Positions 25,475-33,451 of a stretch of DNA of 38,590 bases are shown here, in pieces. A program made the translations under genes and the position numbers. The DNA comes from a virus (lineage: Duplodnaviria > Caudoviricetes): the IMG/VR virus record IMGVR_UViG_3300037755_000468, positions 1 to 38,590 of that record; one strand, given 5' to 3'. The notes under the pieces were generated by a model that was given only the letters and a program-made list of their open reading frames with translations, made no database searches and had not been told where the DNA came from. Every line of letters begins with the position of its first letter. The first letter of the stretch is position 1.

Positions 25475-26437
25475 ATGCCAGTCGAGCGCTACCAGCTAGT
25501 AGAGGCCACGGCCGCGTTCTCGCCCCTCCCGTACGGGCTGCTGTCCGTCGTCGAGCTCATCGACGACGGGGACCCGCACTGGCAGCACGGGATCGAGTGG
25601 CAAGAGGACGTCTGCGACGTCCCCTTCGTGGTCACCGGTGCCCCGTGCGGCCAGTCGATCACGAAGGCCCCGGTCGTGACCGGGATCGGTGGCCGGGCCG
25701 CGCAGCCTTTCGCTGTCGTGGCGTGGGTGCCGTGCGCCCCGATCGGCCAGGGCGAGAACATTCAGCGCATCCGCGATCGCACGGAACGGGTCCTCACGAA
25801 CGGCGAGAGCCGGGCTGTGGAAAACGTGTTCTGGTCGGGCACGGCCGCCGGCACCGGGGCTACCCCGTCGCCGGGGTCGACCGCCGGCTCGGGCACGGTC
25901 TATCCGCACCTCGCAGCGAACGCCGTGGTGGAGGGCCAGGCCCAGGGGGCGTTCGGCCTCGAGCTGCAGTCCGCAGCGACCGTGGTCACCTCGGGCGCCC
26001 CCGTCGACATCGTGGAAGGCGTGGCCGCCCTCGAGGCCGCTCTCGGGTCGTGCTACGGCGGTCAGGGCGTGATCCACGTCCCGGCTGCTGCTGTCGCCCA
26101 CCTGGTGGCCTGGAATCAGGTCGAACGGCAGGGCACCACGCTCCGCACGAAGCTGGGCCACAAGGTCGCGGTGTACGCGTCGGGGAACCGGCAGGGCCCG
26201 GACGGCACCAACCCGGCTGGCGGGCAGGGGTGGATCTACGCCACCGGTGCCGTGTTCGGCCGGCGGTCACCGATCCGCCAGCGTGGCCGCACGGCCGGCG
26301 AGGTGATCGGCCGGGCCGACAACACGACCGTCTATGTGGTCGAACGCACCTACGTGATCGGGTGGGACTGCTGCCACCTCGCCGCGCTGGTGTCGCTTGG
26401 CGGCGTCGACTCGGGTGGCATCGGGGTGGCGCAGTGA
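25475..26437 (+). CDS. Second capsid protein (probable pentamer-type)
   Basis: PYGLLSV..W..GI.W...C, E.RAVE..FW, G.A.LE......YGG.GVIH, WIYATG.V, VERTY; immediately follows the MCP. Confidence 0.7.
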   Translation: MPVERYQLVEATAAFSPLPYGLLSVVELIDDGDPHWQHGIEWQEDVCDVPFVVTGAPCGQSITKAPVVTGIGGRAAQPFAVVAWVPCAPIGQGENIQRIRDRTERVLTNGESRAVENVFWSGTAAGTGATPSPGSTAGSGTVYPHLAANAVVEGQAQGAFGLELQSAATVVTSGAPVDIVEGVAALEAALGSCYGGQGVIHVPAAAVAHLVAWNQVERQGTTLRTKLGHKVAVYASGNRQGPDGTNPAGGQGWIYATGAVFGRRSPIRQRGRTAGEVIGRADNTTVYVVERTYVIGWDCCHLAALVSLGGVDSGGIGVAQ

Positions 26438-26982
26438 TCTCGCTGCAGTTCGCCACCTACGACGGGTTCATCTACGGCGCGCACGTCCTCGGCGAGGTGC
26501 CGACCGAAGGTGTGCGCCCGCTCGGGGGGAACGTCCTCGAGGTGCCCGACGACGGGTGGTCTGCTCTGTCCGACGAGCAGCGCGGCGAGATCACCCGGTT
26601 CCTCATGCCCACGAACGGCCTCACCCCTCCCGGAGAGGCCGGGGGCGGCGCTGCGGCACCGGCGGTGGGACGGCCCCCCGTTGGCCCGATGTCGCAGCGC
26701 GCCCCGCTCCCACGTCCACCGGAGACCGGCCCGGGCTCGGGGCGCAGCGAGTGGGTGCGCTACGCCGTCGAGAACGGGGTGGACTTCGACCGCAAGGCCA
26801 AGCGCGACGACATCGTTTCGGCCATCAACGCTCAGCGGCCCGACCTCGAGCCGGTGCCCGTGGTGCCGGCCGACGTCGACGACCCGGACGCCCCCGAGGC
26901 GCCCCCGGACCCCGAGGCGCCCGATGCGTCGCACCCCGACGCGCCACCCGTGATCGACCAGGAGGCCCGCAGTGGGCAGTGA
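26434..26982 (+). CDS. Hypothetical head-module protein with a small helical (HeH/Rho-N-like) domain
   Basis: GTGA overlap; PP..GPGSGRSEWVRYA..NGV....KRDDIV. Confidence 0.65.
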   Translation: MISLQFATYDGFIYGAHVLGEVPTEGVRPLGGNVLEVPDDGWSALSDEQRGEITRFLMPTNGLTPPGEAGGGAAAPAVGRPPVGPMSQRAPLPRPPETGPGSGRSEWVRYAVENGVDFDRKAKRDDIVSAINAQRPDLEPVPVVPADVDDPDAPEAPPDPEAPDASHPDAPPVIDQEARSGQ

Positions 26983-27640
26983 ATCCATCTCCCCAATCCA
27001 GGGCACCCGGGCACGGATCGTCCGTGAGGATCTCTGCGGCGTGCCGGTCACCGGCGCCGGGTCGCTCATCGTGTTCGACGGGTTCGTCGAGATCGTGGTG
27101 GACCCCCAGTACGAGGACGGCACGCAGTACCTCCTCAAGAACGCGAACGGGTCGTTCTGCGTCAATGAGCGGGCCGACGACCGCTTTATGAACGACGACG
27201 TGGACATTCGTTTCTGTGCGATCTGTCCCGACGCGGTGGCCATCACCACCGGCCAGCCCATCATCGTGAGCGGTACCCCGGCCTCGGGAACGGGGTTCTG
27301 GGTGACGGAGGGCACGATCTCGGCCCGCTGGTCGCTCGAGGTGTGGCAGGCCGACTCGCAGTCCTGCACGGGCTCGCAGGCCCGCTACGCCTATTGGGCG
27401 TGGCCCCAGCTGTCCGCCGGCCGGCTGATGTCGTTCACGATCACCGACGACGTCATCGAGTGGCGCATCAAGGCCCGCAGCAAGAAGGCCAACACCGCCT
27501 GGGGCACCGGGCCCGGGACGGGCACGAAGTACATCTCGGCGGTGCCGGCGAACGGCCACCGCGGGTTCAACATCGTGCACATCGACCCGCCCGCGGTCAC
27601 CGGCGTCGAGGCCGGTTGCGGCGCCGTCGCTCTGACCTGA
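26972..27640 (+). CDS. Major tail protein
   Basis: QG.R.R..R.D.CG.P, P.YEDG....KNANG.FC, FC..CPD, WG.GP; position in the module. Confidence 0.8.
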   Translation: MGSESISPIQGTRARIVREDLCGVPVTGAGSLIVFDGFVEIVVDPQYEDGTQYLLKNANGSFCVNERADDRFMNDDVDIRFCAICPDAVAITTGQPIIVSGTPASGTGFWVTEGTISARWSLEVWQADSQSCTGSQARYAYWAWPQLSAGRLMSFTITDDVIEWRIKARSKKANTAWGTGPGTGTKYISAVPANGHRGFNIVHIDPPAVTGVEAGCGAVALT

Positions 27641-27650
27641 CCGGGGCGCT

Positions 27651-28460
27651 GTGGACTATGCGCCTCTGTGCGAAGCGTGGCCGATCGAGTGGTGCTGTGA
27701 CGTAAGCACCGCATCTCCGGCGGTCACGGGCATGGCTGCACAGGCCGCGTCCGAGTACGTCTGGGCGATCTCGGGCCGGCAGTTCGGGGCGTGCTCTGTC
27801 ACGGTCCGTCCCTGCCGGCCCTCGTGCTTCGACGCCCACTACGGGGCCGCTGCGCCCTGGTGGTGGGATGGGGTCTCGTGGCCGACCGGTCCGTGGGGCT
27901 GGTGGGGTCTCGGGGTGGGGTGCGGCTGCGCCTCGGCGGTCTGCAGCTGTACCTCCACTCCGTTCGTCACGCTCCCGGGGTGGGTGTCGAACGTCCTCGA
28001 GGTGACCATCGACGGTGAGGTGCTCCCGTCGGGCACCGGCTGGCTGCTCTATGACGGGTACAAGCTGGCCCGGGTCGACGGCGGCGAGTGGCCGACGTGC
28101 CAGGACTGGTCGGTCCCGGCGTCGGGTGTCGGCGCGTGGGCGGTGACGGTGCAGGCCGGGCCCGAGGTGCCGGCGCTCGGGTTGCTGGCCGCGGGTGAGG
28201 TGGCGTGCGAGATCGTGAAGGCGTGCACGCCTGGCCTGGAATGCACGCTCCCGTCGGGGCTGCGGTCGATCACCCGTAGCGGCGTGACGAAAGTGTTCTT
28301 TGACCCGACGGAGCTGGCGAAAGGTGGCGTCACCGGCCTCGCGTCCGTCGACCGGTTCCTGCAGGCGGTGAACCCCTCGGGGATCTCCATGCCCGCGGCG
28401 ATCTGGGATCCCCAGGACTTCGGGCGGCCTGTCCACCCTGGTGGCTCGACGCAGTGGTGA
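27651..28460 (+). CDS. Head-to-tail adaptor
   Basis: A.E.VWA.SGRQFG.C.VTVRPC, L.R.DG..WP.CQD, C.LP....ITR.GVT, TGL..VD.F...VNP. Confidence 0.75.
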   Translation: MDYAPLCEAWPIEWCCDVSTASPAVTGMAAQAASEYVWAISGRQFGACSVTVRPCRPSCFDAHYGAAAPWWWDGVSWPTGPWGWWGLGVGCGCASAVCSCTSTPFVTLPGWVSNVLEVTIDGEVLPSGTGWLLYDGYKLARVDGGEWPTCQDWSVPASGVGAWAVTVQAGPEVPALGLLAAGEVACEIVKACTPGLECTLPSGLRSITRSGVTKVFFDPTELAKGGVTGLASVDRFLQAVNPSGISMPAAIWDPQDFGRPVHPGGSTQW

Positions 28461-29017
28461 CCGCCGGCTATCTGAGCCCCGAACCGGACGCGATCTACGG
28501 GATCGCCGAGGGCATGCTCGAGGCTGCGTGCGCTGAGCTCGACGTGTTCCAGGCCGCCGGCCACGGCCCGGGGTGCCCGGCGCGCCGGTGCGTCTACCCG
28601 GGCGTCGAGCTGCCGTGGGATAACTGCGACTGCGGGCTGCTCGCCGTCCACGTGAAGACCGCGTACCCGTCGGCCCGGTTCCCGTTCCAGCAGGGCGGCG
28701 AGGAACCGGCAGCGCAGTGCGGGGTGCCGTGGCTGGTCGTCCAGTACGCGGCCACGATCCTGCGGTGCGTCCCCACGACGCAGGACGACGGGAGCCCGCC
28801 GCCGTGCGACGCGGTGGCCACCGCGGCCGAGGTGTCCATGTGGGACCGAACGGCGGTGTGGCGCGGGGTGGCCTGCTACCTGGCCGTGCCGATCAACACC
28901 GGCGGCCAGCTCCGCCCGCATCTGTTCCAGGAGCAGGTGTCGCTCGGCGAGCAGGGCGCGTGCGCCGGGTCGGAGCTGAACGTTCTCGTGGGGCTCCCGT
29001 TGTGCGAGGCGTGTTGA
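28454..29017 (+). CDS. Probable tail terminator / neck protein
   Basis: WD.C.CG.L, RC.P, QG.C.G motifs; position after the adaptor. Confidence 0.55.
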   Translation: MVTAGYLSPEPDAIYGIAEGMLEAACAELDVFQAAGHGPGCPARRCVYPGVELPWDNCDCGLLAVHVKTAYPSARFPFQQGGEEPAAQCGVPWLVVQYAATILRCVPTTQDDGSPPPCDAVATAAEVSMWDRTAVWRGVACYLAVPINTGGQLRPHLFQEQVSLGEQGACAGSELNVLVGLPLCEAC

Positions 29018-29018
29018 C

Positions 29019-29354
29019 GTGGCCACCACGAACCATGCGCTGCGCCGCAAGCTGACGAGCGACCCCGACGGGCCCGTGGGCCGTGACCTACGCCGCCGGG
29101 GCCTCCGGGTGCAGAACCGGGCCCGGGTCCTCGCTCCGGTCGATCTGGGCGGGCTACGGGCGTCGATCGTGGCCGAGCAGCAAGCGCGCCGGCACCCGGT
29201 CGGGCTGGTGCTGGCCATCGGGTCCCCGCTGAAATACGCCCTGGCCGTCCACGAGGGGTCGGGGTCGCCGTACGCCCCCCCGTCGTGGAAGAGAGGCAAG
29301 CAAGTGCCGGCACGCCGGTACCTAACCAACGCACTCCCCGCCGCGGCGGGGTGA
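29019..29354 (+). CDS. HK97 gp10-like neck protein
   Basis: ARVLAPVDLGGLRASI...YALAVHEG...RRYLTNAL. Confidence 0.8.
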   Translation: MATTNHALRRKLTSDPDGPVGRDLRRRGLRVQNRARVLAPVDLGGLRASIVAEQQARRHPVGLVLAIGSPLKYALAVHEGSGSPYAPPSWKRGKQVPARRYLTNALPAAAG

Positions 29355-29368
29355 TCCGGGAGGAAACC

Positions 29369-29872
29369 ATGGAGATCGAGGATTTCAGCAAGCTGCGGGC
29401 GGCCAGCCCATCGGCGCTGGTCATCCCTCTGAACGGGAAGCGCTACAAGTGCGACCCCGAACCACCGGCCGACGTGGTCCTCGCCGCGACGACGGGGGTG
29501 GACTCCCGGGCGCTCGAGGCCATGGCCAAGATGGCCGACGGTGGCGAGCTCACCGCCGGGGAGCAGGCCGCAGCGGCCGGCGCCGGGTCGTCGAGCATGA
29601 CCAAGGCGGCCCGGTTCCTCGAGCAGGTGCTGGAACCCGAGTCGCTCGAGCAGTGGCGCCGGTTCGTCCGCCCGCCCGAGGGCCTCGAGGGTAAGGCGCT
29701 CACCGAGTGGAAGAAACACAAGATCACCTGGCAGCAGGTGGTCGCCGTGTTCCGGGCCCTCGTGCAGCACTACTCGGGGGGGCGCCCTACTACTCCACCG
29801 TCGTCCTCGGGGAATGGGCACGACGACGGTGGGGCGACTTCGACGGCTGGTGTGCAGCCCGCGGAGGCCTAG
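29369..29872 (+). CDS. Tail assembly chaperone (G)
   Basis: GGGAGG RBS, ATG 29369; ..YSGGRPT..SSS ending; directly upstream of the tape measure gene. Confidence 0.8.
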   Translation: MEIEDFSKLRAASPSALVIPLNGKRYKCDPEPPADVVLAATTGVDSRALEAMAKMADGGELTAGEQAAAAGAGSSSMTKAARFLEQVLEPESLEQWRRFVRPPEGLEGKALTEWKKHKITWQQVVAVFRALVQHYSGGRPTTPPSSSGNGHDDGGATSTAGVQPAEA

Positions 29873-30264
29873 ACCCTCTTGACCTCCCGTACCGACGTTT
29901 CCTGTCGCTGGTGTGGCACTGGGCGAACGAGCAGGTCCAGGTGGACCCCCTCGACCCCCGTGTCGCAGCTGACGCCCGAGCCCGGCTCGCCGACGCCCTC
30001 GTCGAGCCGGTCCACATCGCACCGGCCCCGGCCGGCGCGCCTCGGGCTGCTGCCAGCAACGGGAACCACCACCCCGGCCTCGCGCCGCCCAACATCCCCG
30101 CGCCCTCGTGGTGGCGTGGTGACCGGGCCGCGTTCGACGGGAGCGTGCGGGCGGCCTCGGATCTGGGATACAAGGGGGCGGGCATCCCACCCCAGCGGAC
30201 GGCAACGGAGCCGCCCGCACGCCCCGCCTCCCGCCGCCCTCCCCCTGGTCGCCGTCGCCGGTGA
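29776..30264 (+). CDS. Tail assembly chaperone -1 frameshift extension (GT)
   Basis: In-frame G GGG GGG (29776-29782) followed by CGCCCTAC; the -1 frame reads PYY..W..FDGWCAARGLDPLDLP..RFL and ends 10 nt before the TMP. Confidence 0.75.
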   Translation, partial: GGAPYYSTVVLGEWARRRWGDFDGWCAARGGLDPLDLPYRRFLSLVWHWANEQVQVDPLDPRVAADARARLADALVEPVHIAPAPAGAPRAAASNGNHHPGLAPPNIPAPSWWRGDRAAFDGSVRAASDLGYKGAGIPPQRTATEPPARPASRRPPPGRRRR

Positions 30265-30274
30265 GGTCTGAGCC

Positions 30275-33200
30275 ATGGCCGTGGGCCCCCTCGAGCAGGC
30301 GTTTGTGGAAGTCGTCGCCGACACGACGACTCTCAACCGCGACCTCGACGGGGTCCACGACCGGCTCGAGCAGCTAGAGGACCGGGGCCGCCAGGCCGGC
30401 GACGACCTAGCGGACTCGTTCCAGCGGGCCGGCGAGAGCATAGAAAACGCGTTCCAGGAAGCGGCCCGGGCAGCTGACGACGCCCTAACCGATATCGGGG
30501 CGCTCGGGCAGTTCGACGACATCGTCGACAGCGCCGAGCGGGCCGGCGAGGGTATAGAGAACGCGTTCGACGAGGCCCGCCGGGCGGCCGATGACGCGCT
30601 ATCGGACATCGGTGGGTTGGGGGCGTTCGCCGGGCTAAAGGCCGAGGCCGAGATCGCCGCCGAGTCCATGGAGCGCAGCTTCCGGGACAGCAGCGATGAC
30701 AGCGTCCGGTCGATCGCCCGTATCGGCTCGAGCGGGGCGGCGTTCTCGCTCCTCACCACCGGCGCCCTCGCGTTCGGGACGGGCGTAGCGATAGCCGGCG
30801 CGGCCACCGTCGGGTTCGGCCTCAAATCCGCTGCTGCGCTCGAGCAGACCACGATCGGTTTCGAGAGCCTGCTCGGCTCGGCCGACGCCGCCGACGCGTT
30901 CATTCGGGATCTACAGCAGTTCGCCGCCAACACCCCGTTTGAGTTCCAGGGCCTGGCCGACAACGCCCGCCGGCTGCTCGCCGTCGGAGAGGCCGCGGGG
31001 ATCGCCCGTGACGAGATCCTCCCGACCCTGACGACCATCGGCGACCTGACCGCGGTTCTCGGGGCGCCGGCCGAGTCAATCGACCGGGTGAACACCGCCC
31101 TCGCCCAGATGGCCAGCAAGGGCAAGGTGTCCACCGAGGAGCTGCTGCAGCTCGGTGAGGCCCTCCCCGGGTTCCCGGTGTTCCAGGCCCTCGCCGACGG
31201 TCTCGGGATCTCCGGAGAGGCGCTGCAAGACAAGTTGCAGGCCGGAGCGATCGGCGCCGAGGAGGGTATCCAGGCGCTGCTCACGGGCATGAAAGAGTTC
31301 CCCGGGGCCGCCGGGGCCATGGCGAAGCAAGCGCAGACCCTCACCGGCGTGTTCAGCACCTTTAAGGACACGATCTCGCTGGCCCTCACCGAGGCGTTCA
31401 CGCCGCTGGTGCCCACGATCAAGACGGCGCTCAGCGCCGCCGTGCCGGCGATCGAGTCCAGCCTGGCCACGATCGCCCCGGCGTTGTCGGGCATCGCCGG
31501 TGGTCTGATCGGCGGGCTCGGTGCGGCGCTGGCCACGCTCGGCCCGGCGTTCGGGACGGCCCTGCAGGGCGTGGCCGACGCGCTGGCCCCGATCCAGGAG
31601 GCCGGCGCCGGTCTCCTCACCGCCATAGCCACCCCGCTCGCCCAGATGGGCCCGCTGTTCACAGCCCTGGTAACGGCCGTGTCGCCGCTGCTGGGCGTGC
31701 TCACGACGCTGCTCACGCAGCTGCTCCCGCCGTTTATCGCGTTCCTCACGGAGATCACCACCGCTGCGGGCCCGCTGATCGCCGTGCTCGCCGAGGTGGC
31801 CTCCGCTCTGATCACCGCGCTCGGCCCGGTCCTCACGACCATCCTCGGCGCAGCGTCGAACCTCCTCACCGAGCTGTTCGCAGCCCTCGGCCCGGCGCTC
31901 GCCGAGCTCGGCCCGGCGTTCGCTGATCTCGGCGCCGCCCTGGCCGACCTGCTGGTGGCGTTCGAGCCGCTGCTCCCGCCCCTGACGCAGCTCATCGTTC
32001 TGTTGGCCACGGGCCTCGTCGAGGCGCTGGTCATCGCGATCGAGGTGCTCGCCGCGTTCGTGCAGTTCCTCGCCGACAACCAGGCCGCGCTCATCGCGTT
32101 CGCTGCGGTGGTGGCCGCTGTCCTGGTCCCCGCTTTCATCGGGTGGGCGACGGCCGCCGCGTCCGCTGCTGTCGCCACCATCACGGCCACGTCGCCGCTG
32201 CTGCTGATCGCCGCCGCGATCGCCGCGCTAGTCGTCGGGGTCATCTGGGCGTACCAGAACCTCGGGTTCTTCAAGACGGCCGTTGACGCTGTGAAGGACG
32301 CCGCGCTGTTCCTGTGGAACGACGTCCTGCTGCCGTTCGCGGCGTTCCTCGGCGAGACCTTCGGGACCGTGATCTCGGCGATCGGGTCGTTCATCACCGA
32401 CACCCTCGCCCCGGCGTTCATGGCGGTCGTCGACGCCGCGCTGTTCCTGTGGAACGACGTCCTGGTGCCGTTCGGGGCGTTCCTGATCGACGTGCTTGTG
32501 CCGGTGGCGAGCGTCCTGCTCGCCGTGGCCCTCTTCCCCCTGATCGCCGCGTTCTCCATCCTGACCGTGACCGCGGCCAGCCTCTGGCAGTTCGTCCTCG
32601 TCCCGCTCGGCGGGTTCCTCGTCGACGTGTTCGGGCCCGTGCTCGCCGCGGTCGGGTCGGTGCTGTCGACGGTGCTCGGCGCTGCGTTCTCGGCCGTGGC
32701 CGCCGTGGCCTCGTTCCTCTGGAATAGCGTCCTGGTGCCCCTCGGCGGGTTCCTGTCGGGTGTGTTCAACGGGGTGGTGTCGGCGGCCGGGTCGGCCTGG
32801 TCCGCGGTGTCGGGAGCGGTCTCCGCTGCGGCCGGGGCGCTGTCGTCGATCTGGACGAACTACCTGCAGCCCGTCGCCGCCTTCCTGCGTGACGTGTTTA
32901 ACGGGATCATCGACGGGGCCGCCGGAGCGTGGGACGGGTTCGCCGGGGCCGTGTCGGCCGCGGCAGGGGTGGTGTCGGACATCATCGGCACCATCGGCGA
33001 CGCCATCGGGGCTATCGGCGACCTGATCGACAAGATCGGGAGCATTCCCGGCGCCGGTGTCGTCGGGGACGTCCTCGGGGCGCTCCCCGGCCTCTCCCGG
33101 GGCGCGATCATCACCGAGGACACGCTCGCCCAGCTCCACTCGCCCGAGGTGGTCATTCCCCTGAACGACCCCCGCCGGGCGCTCGAGCTGGCGCAGGCGT

Positions 33201-33445
33201 CGGGGCTGCTGGACCAGATCGGCGGCCTGGCCACTCCGGCCGGCGCTATCGGCGGGTCGACCGCCAGCGCTGCGGGCGGGACCGGTGGCGGGGGCGGCGC
33301 GGTGGTGCTGCAGTTCTTCGGGAACTTCACCGTCCCGGGGGCCGGCGACACCACCACGGCGCGCCGTGCCGGCGAGGCGTTCATGGACGGCGCGGCGAAG
33401 GTCGCGAGCGAACGTCGCATCCGCGCCGCAGCTCTGACAGCCTGA
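30275..33445 (+). CDS. Tape measure protein
   Basis: 1056 aa, Ala/Leu/Gly-rich; LQQFAANTPFEF..ALAQMASKGKVSTEELLQLGE; amphipathic and Trp-periodic repeats. Confidence 0.95.
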   Translation: MAVGPLEQAFVEVVADTTTLNRDLDGVHDRLEQLEDRGRQAGDDLADSFQRAGESIENAFQEAARAADDALTDIGALGQFDDIVDSAERAGEGIENAFDEARRAADDALSDIGGLGAFAGLKAEAEIAAESMERSFRDSSDDSVRSIARIGSSGAAFSLLTTGALAFGTGVAIAGAATVGFGLKSAAALEQTTIGFESLLGSADAADAFIRDLQQFAANTPFEFQGLADNARRLLAVGEAAGIARDEILPTLTTIGDLTAVLGAPAESIDRVNTALAQMASKGKVSTEELLQLGEALPGFPVFQALADGLGISGEALQDKLQAGAIGAEEGIQALLTGMKEFPGAAGAMAKQAQTLTGVFSTFKDTISLALTEAFTPLVPTIKTALSAAVPAIESSLATIAPALSGIAGGLIGGLGAALATLGPAFGTALQGVADALAPIQEAGAGLLTAIATPLAQMGPLFTALVTAVSPLLGVLTTLLTQLLPPFIAFLTEITTAAGPLIAVLAEVASALITALGPVLTTILGAASNLLTELFAALGPALAELGPAFADLGAALADLLVAFEPLLPPLTQLIVLLATGLVEALVIAIEVLAAFVQFLADNQAALIAFAAVVAAVLVPAFIGWATAAASAAVATITATSPLLLIAAAIAALVVGVIWAYQNLGFFKTAVDAVKDAALFLWNDVLLPFAAFLGETFGTVISAIGSFITDTLAPAFMAVVDAALFLWNDVLVPFGAFLIDVLVPVASVLLAVALFPLIAAFSILTVTAASLWQFVLVPLGGFLVDVFGPVLAAVGSVLSTVLGAAFSAVAAVASFLWNSVLVPLGGFLSGVFNGVVSAAGSAWSAVSGAVSAAAGALSSIWTNYLQPVAAFLRDVFNGIIDGAAGAWDGFAGAVSAAAGVVSDIIGTIGDAIGAIGDLIDKIGSIPGAGVVGDVLGALPGLSRGAIITEDTLAQLHSPEVVIPLNDPRRALELAQASGLLDQIGGLATPAGAIGGSTASAAGGTGGGGGAVVLQFFGNFTVPGAGDTTTARRAGEAFMDGAAKVASERRIRAAALTA
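30425..30628 (+). repeat. Tandem 114-nt (38-aa) duplication at the TMP N-terminus
   Basis: RAGESIENAFQEAARAADDALTDIG (30425) and RAGEGIENAFDEARRAADDALSDIG (30539). Confidence 0.85.
32297..32464 (+). repeat. 33-bp exact direct repeat within the TMP Trp repeats
   Basis: GACGCCGCGCTGTTCCTGTGGAACGACGTCCTG at 32297 and 32432. Confidence 0.85.
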
Positions 33446-33451
33446 CGGGCC

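Noticed and set aside
29869-32769. 966-aa minus-strand ORF (also 23437-25449, 28049-30358 and other long antisense ORFs)
   Set aside because: These are shadows of GC3-rich plus-strand genes, where stops are rare on the antisense strand. They have no RBS, motifs or operon logic.
30425-32900. Tape measure internal repeats as a novel feature
   Set aside because: Tandem and Trp-periodic repeats are normal for tape measure proteins.
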